A stretch of DNA of 61,665 bases, filler included. It is 13 parts of 13 records of this genome, joined end to end, with 100 filler letters (N's around TTAATTAATTAA, not from the genome) between each part and the next. Parts side by side here need not be neighbours in the genome. Positions count along the whole stretch, not along the records: positions 56,411 to 61,665 come from SRR15195285_5864; 12 more parts are not named here. One strand, 5' to 3'. The notes beneath the pieces are model-generated. The model had not been told where the DNA came from. It saw only the letters and a list, made by a program, of their open reading frames with translations, and made no database searches. Both the position numbers and the translations under genes were made by a program. Below, piece after piece: positions 59,055 to 61,665 of the stretch (position 1 is its first letter; every line of letters starts with the position of its first letter).

Positions 59055-61244
59055 TTATTGCTCGCTCGCAGGCTTCTTCTTTTTCTTCTTCTTTTTCTTC
59101 TTTTTCTCGTCCCCAGGCACTTCCAGCCCTGCGGCGAGATCTTCGGCCGGAGCTGCCGGCTCAGCACTCGCAGAGGCAACACCGTCAGTGCCCGATGCGC
59201 CCATGTCCATGTTGAGCGGCTTCTTTGTGACTTGGAAGAGCTGCTCGACCTCTTTGATCGCGTCTTTAACCATCGTGTACTTCTCACTAGGTGACTTTTT
59301 GGCGTCGTCCTCCGTCACACTCAGCACGATATTTGATTCGTCGCAGAGCTGGGCGTACTCGTAAAGACTTTTCTGCACTGCAGAAGGCTTCTCCCCATCA
59401 AGGGGGAACGAACGCAGCAAGAATCCAGCATTCGCCAAGTTCTGTCCGAGCATCAATCGCGCGTCGTGCGAATTCTTGGTCATGACCTCGGTCTTCAATT
59501 CCTCGATAAGTTGGCATCGCTGTGCGCCTGCGATGAAGGCGTCAGACACCAGACGTAGGCCCTTCGGCGACAGGCCAAGGTCGTCGCCTTTGCTTAACTT
59601 CGTCATTAGCTTCGCGTAGAAAACGTATGGCTCGACACTCGCTGGCTTAAATTCAATGATACGCTGCCACTGCTGTATGCCATCTTGCCATCTGCCTTCT
59701 TGCTTCATGAGCCATTTGCCGTATTCGATGTTGATTTCTATGTTAAGCGGGTCGGCACCGAGTGCGTTATGGAACGCAGCTTCAGCGTCCTTCGCCTCGG
59801 TCTTGCCATCCTCGCGCACGTGCATCCTGGCCTGGTACTGCGTCAGCTCTACGTCCGGATTGCCATGCTTTTCATTGAACGCTACTATCATTGCGTCGAC
59901 CTCCGCCTGCGGCAGCCCCAGGTCCTGCCCTTCGATGAAGTTCCCTTCCTTGTCGACGTGCTTGGGCGCCAGATACTTGTCTGCTTCTGCAATGATGCCA
60001 TCCTTCTCAGCAAAAAACTCATCCCAATCGTCAGTGCTCGCGACTGCACCAAGTGTCAAGGTCTCTCCGATGTTGAGGGTCGCACGGTAGTATGCATCAG
60101 GAATGTACAGTAGCTCGCCAGCTTCCAAGTTGCAGTACGATGCGGTCGTCCACTGAGTCTCGTAAAAAGATTCGGGGAGTTTCGTGGCCGACTCTGTGAC
60201 CCACTTCAGTTGGGACTTATCAGGACGATAGCCCTGTGGAGGCGCGCCTTGACCGGTTCCCGGCGACAACCACACCCTGCGGGCTCCTGTCATCACGAGC
60301 TGAAGCTCAGCCCCGTTCTGGTGAAACGCCATGCCCGTCCCCGAACCACCGAAGGAGAAATGCGGGTGACCCAGCCAGTCGTCCTTCTCCTTCGTCCCCT
60401 GCGATGCCCAGCTAATCGTTTCTGCTAGATCCTTCGGTGTAGACTCTTTCGCTGCTGTCTCGCACTCTTCGAACAGCTCGCTGCCAGTCAAAAAAAAGTT
60501 CTCATCGGGCAGGTTACCGCGCTGAGCCTTGAGGCCTAGCGGATCCGACGGTGGGTTTTCGATCCCGCCGTTGACGTCGCCTTTCTCCTCACTGGCACGC
60601 ACGCTGTCGATGTAGTCGGAAAGCACCGTCTCAGAAGCTGTGGACTCGTTTCGTACGAGGATCTGAGCTACCGTCCGCAGCGAGGTGGTCCAGCTACCGC
60701 AGTGGTACCGCAGGCCGTCGCGCGACCATACGGACGCGGAGCCTTGCATCGCTTTGGCGATTGTGGCTACGTCATCACTGTTGGCACCGAGCTCGGCCCA
60801 GTCCGTAGCGTCCATCTCTTGCGCGACGTATCCATCCACGGACTCTTTCGCCGCCTCCTCGGCCAGAGAGCTCAGTCCGAGCTCCGTGAGCCAAGCCTTG
60901 ACCTGGTCAGCATCGAATGCGTTCGAGAAGCTGCTTTCGTCCGCTTGTGCGGCGGACCTGTCCTTGGAGTAGTGGTACAAAATTACAGGCTTCGTGTCGA
61001 CGTATTTCTTGCGGAACTCGGCTGCGTCCAATGACTCGAAGGATCGGCGCTCGATGTTGCACTTCTTCTGCTTCAGAGAGTTCAAGGTTTTCTTCAGCGA
61101 TCTGCTGGCGGCAGAGCTTTCGAGCCAGCCGCCAGCTTCTCCGGCGACGAAGCAGTCTCCGGACGCTCCCGCAGCCTCCTCCCCCACAGCGCAGCCACTC
61201 AGCACAGCCGCTGCCACTACCAGCAGCCCGCGACGCATCATCAT
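59055..61244 (-). CDS. Signal-peptide JmjC (JMJD8-like) protein with a SAM-like insertion, TPR-like repeats and a poly-Lys tail; intronless
   Basis: CNIERR..LDAAEFRKKY..KPVIL; FSFGGSGTGMAFH; GARRVWL; CNLEAGELLYIPDAYYRATLN; SAM-like DQVKAWLTELGL..VDG...DWAELG; TPR-like AFHNALGADPLN. Confidence 0.8.
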   Translation of the reverse strand: MMMRRGLLVVAAAVLSGCAVGEEAAGASGDCFVAGEAGGWLESSAASRSLKKTLNSLKQKKCNIERRSFESLDAAEFRKKYVDTKPVILYHYSKDRSAAQADESSFSNAFDADQVKAWLTELGLSSLAEEAAKESVDGYVAQEMDATDWAELGANSDDVATIAKAMQGSASVWSRDGLRYHCGSWTTSLRTVAQILVRNESTASETVLSDYIDSVRASEEKGDVNGGIENPPSDPLGLKAQRGNLPDENFFLTGSELFEECETAAKESTPKDLAETISWASQGTKEKDDWLGHPHFSFGGSGTGMAFHQNGAELQLVMTGARRVWLSPGTGQGAPPQGYRPDKSQLKWVTESATKLPESFYETQWTTASYCNLEAGELLYIPDAYYRATLNIGETLTLGAVASTDDWDEFFAEKDGIIAEADKYLAPKHVDKEGNFIEGQDLGLPQAEVDAMIVAFNEKHGNPDVELTQYQARMHVREDGKTEAKDAEAAFHNALGADPLNIEINIEYGKWLMKQEGRWQDGIQQWQRIIEFKPASVEPYVFYAKLMTKLSKGDDLGLSPKGLRLVSDAFIAGAQRCQLIEELKTEVMTKNSHDARLMLGQNLANAGFLLRSFPLDGEKPSAVQKSLYEYAQLCDESNIVLSVTEDDAKKSPSEKYTMVKDAIKEVEQLFQVTKKPLNMDMGASGTDGVASASAEPAAPAEDLAAGLEVPGDEKKKKKKKKKKKPASEQ

Positions 61245-61665
61245 GCCCGCGGTCGTAGGCTCCGCCCCCGCAACCTCCCCTCACCCCACCACCCAGCCAC
61301 CCCCTACCCCCCACACCCCAGCTACTCCCTCCCCTCCCACCACGCCCTAACCCAACGAACAAGCCCCAGCAGCCCCCCAGCAAGGACAGGACAGCGCCAG
61401 CAAGCACGCTCTAGAGGGCGGCCAGGCACAGCCCAAAAGCGGTGTCTCGCCCCGAGCAGTCAGACGGTCGCCGATTGAGATACATATAGGGATTTATATG
61501 TATATGCGGCCGGGCGGCCTGCCTGCCTGCCTGCCACGCGTCGTGAACGAATCTCGACGAATCTCTGCGGTGCAGGTTCCTCTGCTCGAAGTGGTTCGGT
61601 CTGCCAGACTGTCGGTTCAGTCACCCGTTCATATTATGTTGTTTTCACGAGTTACTGCGCAATGC

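Overview
This is eukaryotic, intron-containing, GC-rich DNA, not a contiguous locus. It consists of 13 unrelated contigs (3-8 kb) joined by artificial 100-nt spacers (44 N + TTAATTAATTAA + 44 N), so adjacency across spacers is meaningless. About 19 protein genes can be reconstructed with GT-AG introns, mostly ~80-190 nt. They include a TPP enzyme fused to a beta-barrel-like domain, an arylsulfatase, an aldo-keto reductase, a GH3 beta-glucosidase, a C-type lectin/SRCR repeat protein, an EF-hand single-domain voltage-gated channel, a purple acid phosphatase, a PhyH dioxygenase, an alpha/beta hydrolase, a SAP-IQ-BTB protein, an MFS sugar porter, an EF-hand kinesin, a TruA-2OG-AKR fusion, a GH-A-like secreted protein, FOXRED2 and a JmjC/TPR protein. 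The gene content suggests a heterotrophic protist; Picozoa-like is an unverified impression. The most interesting signals are: (1) two ~88% identical introns 63 nt apart in one gene (introner-like intron copying); (2) a 13-mer AGTRCCCAGGTTG recurring in non-coding DNA of several unrelated contigs, once next to a helically phased array of GTGAGCTCAC palindromes; (3) a ZnF-pseudouridine synthase-2OG dioxygenase-AKR fusion; (4) an MLLE/PABC domain inserted into an apparently dead PEP-synthase/glucan-dikinase-type nucleotide-binding domain; (5) a single 6TM channel with a TLEGW filter and N-terminal EF-hands. All domain calls come from motif recognition by eye, and no searches were run.
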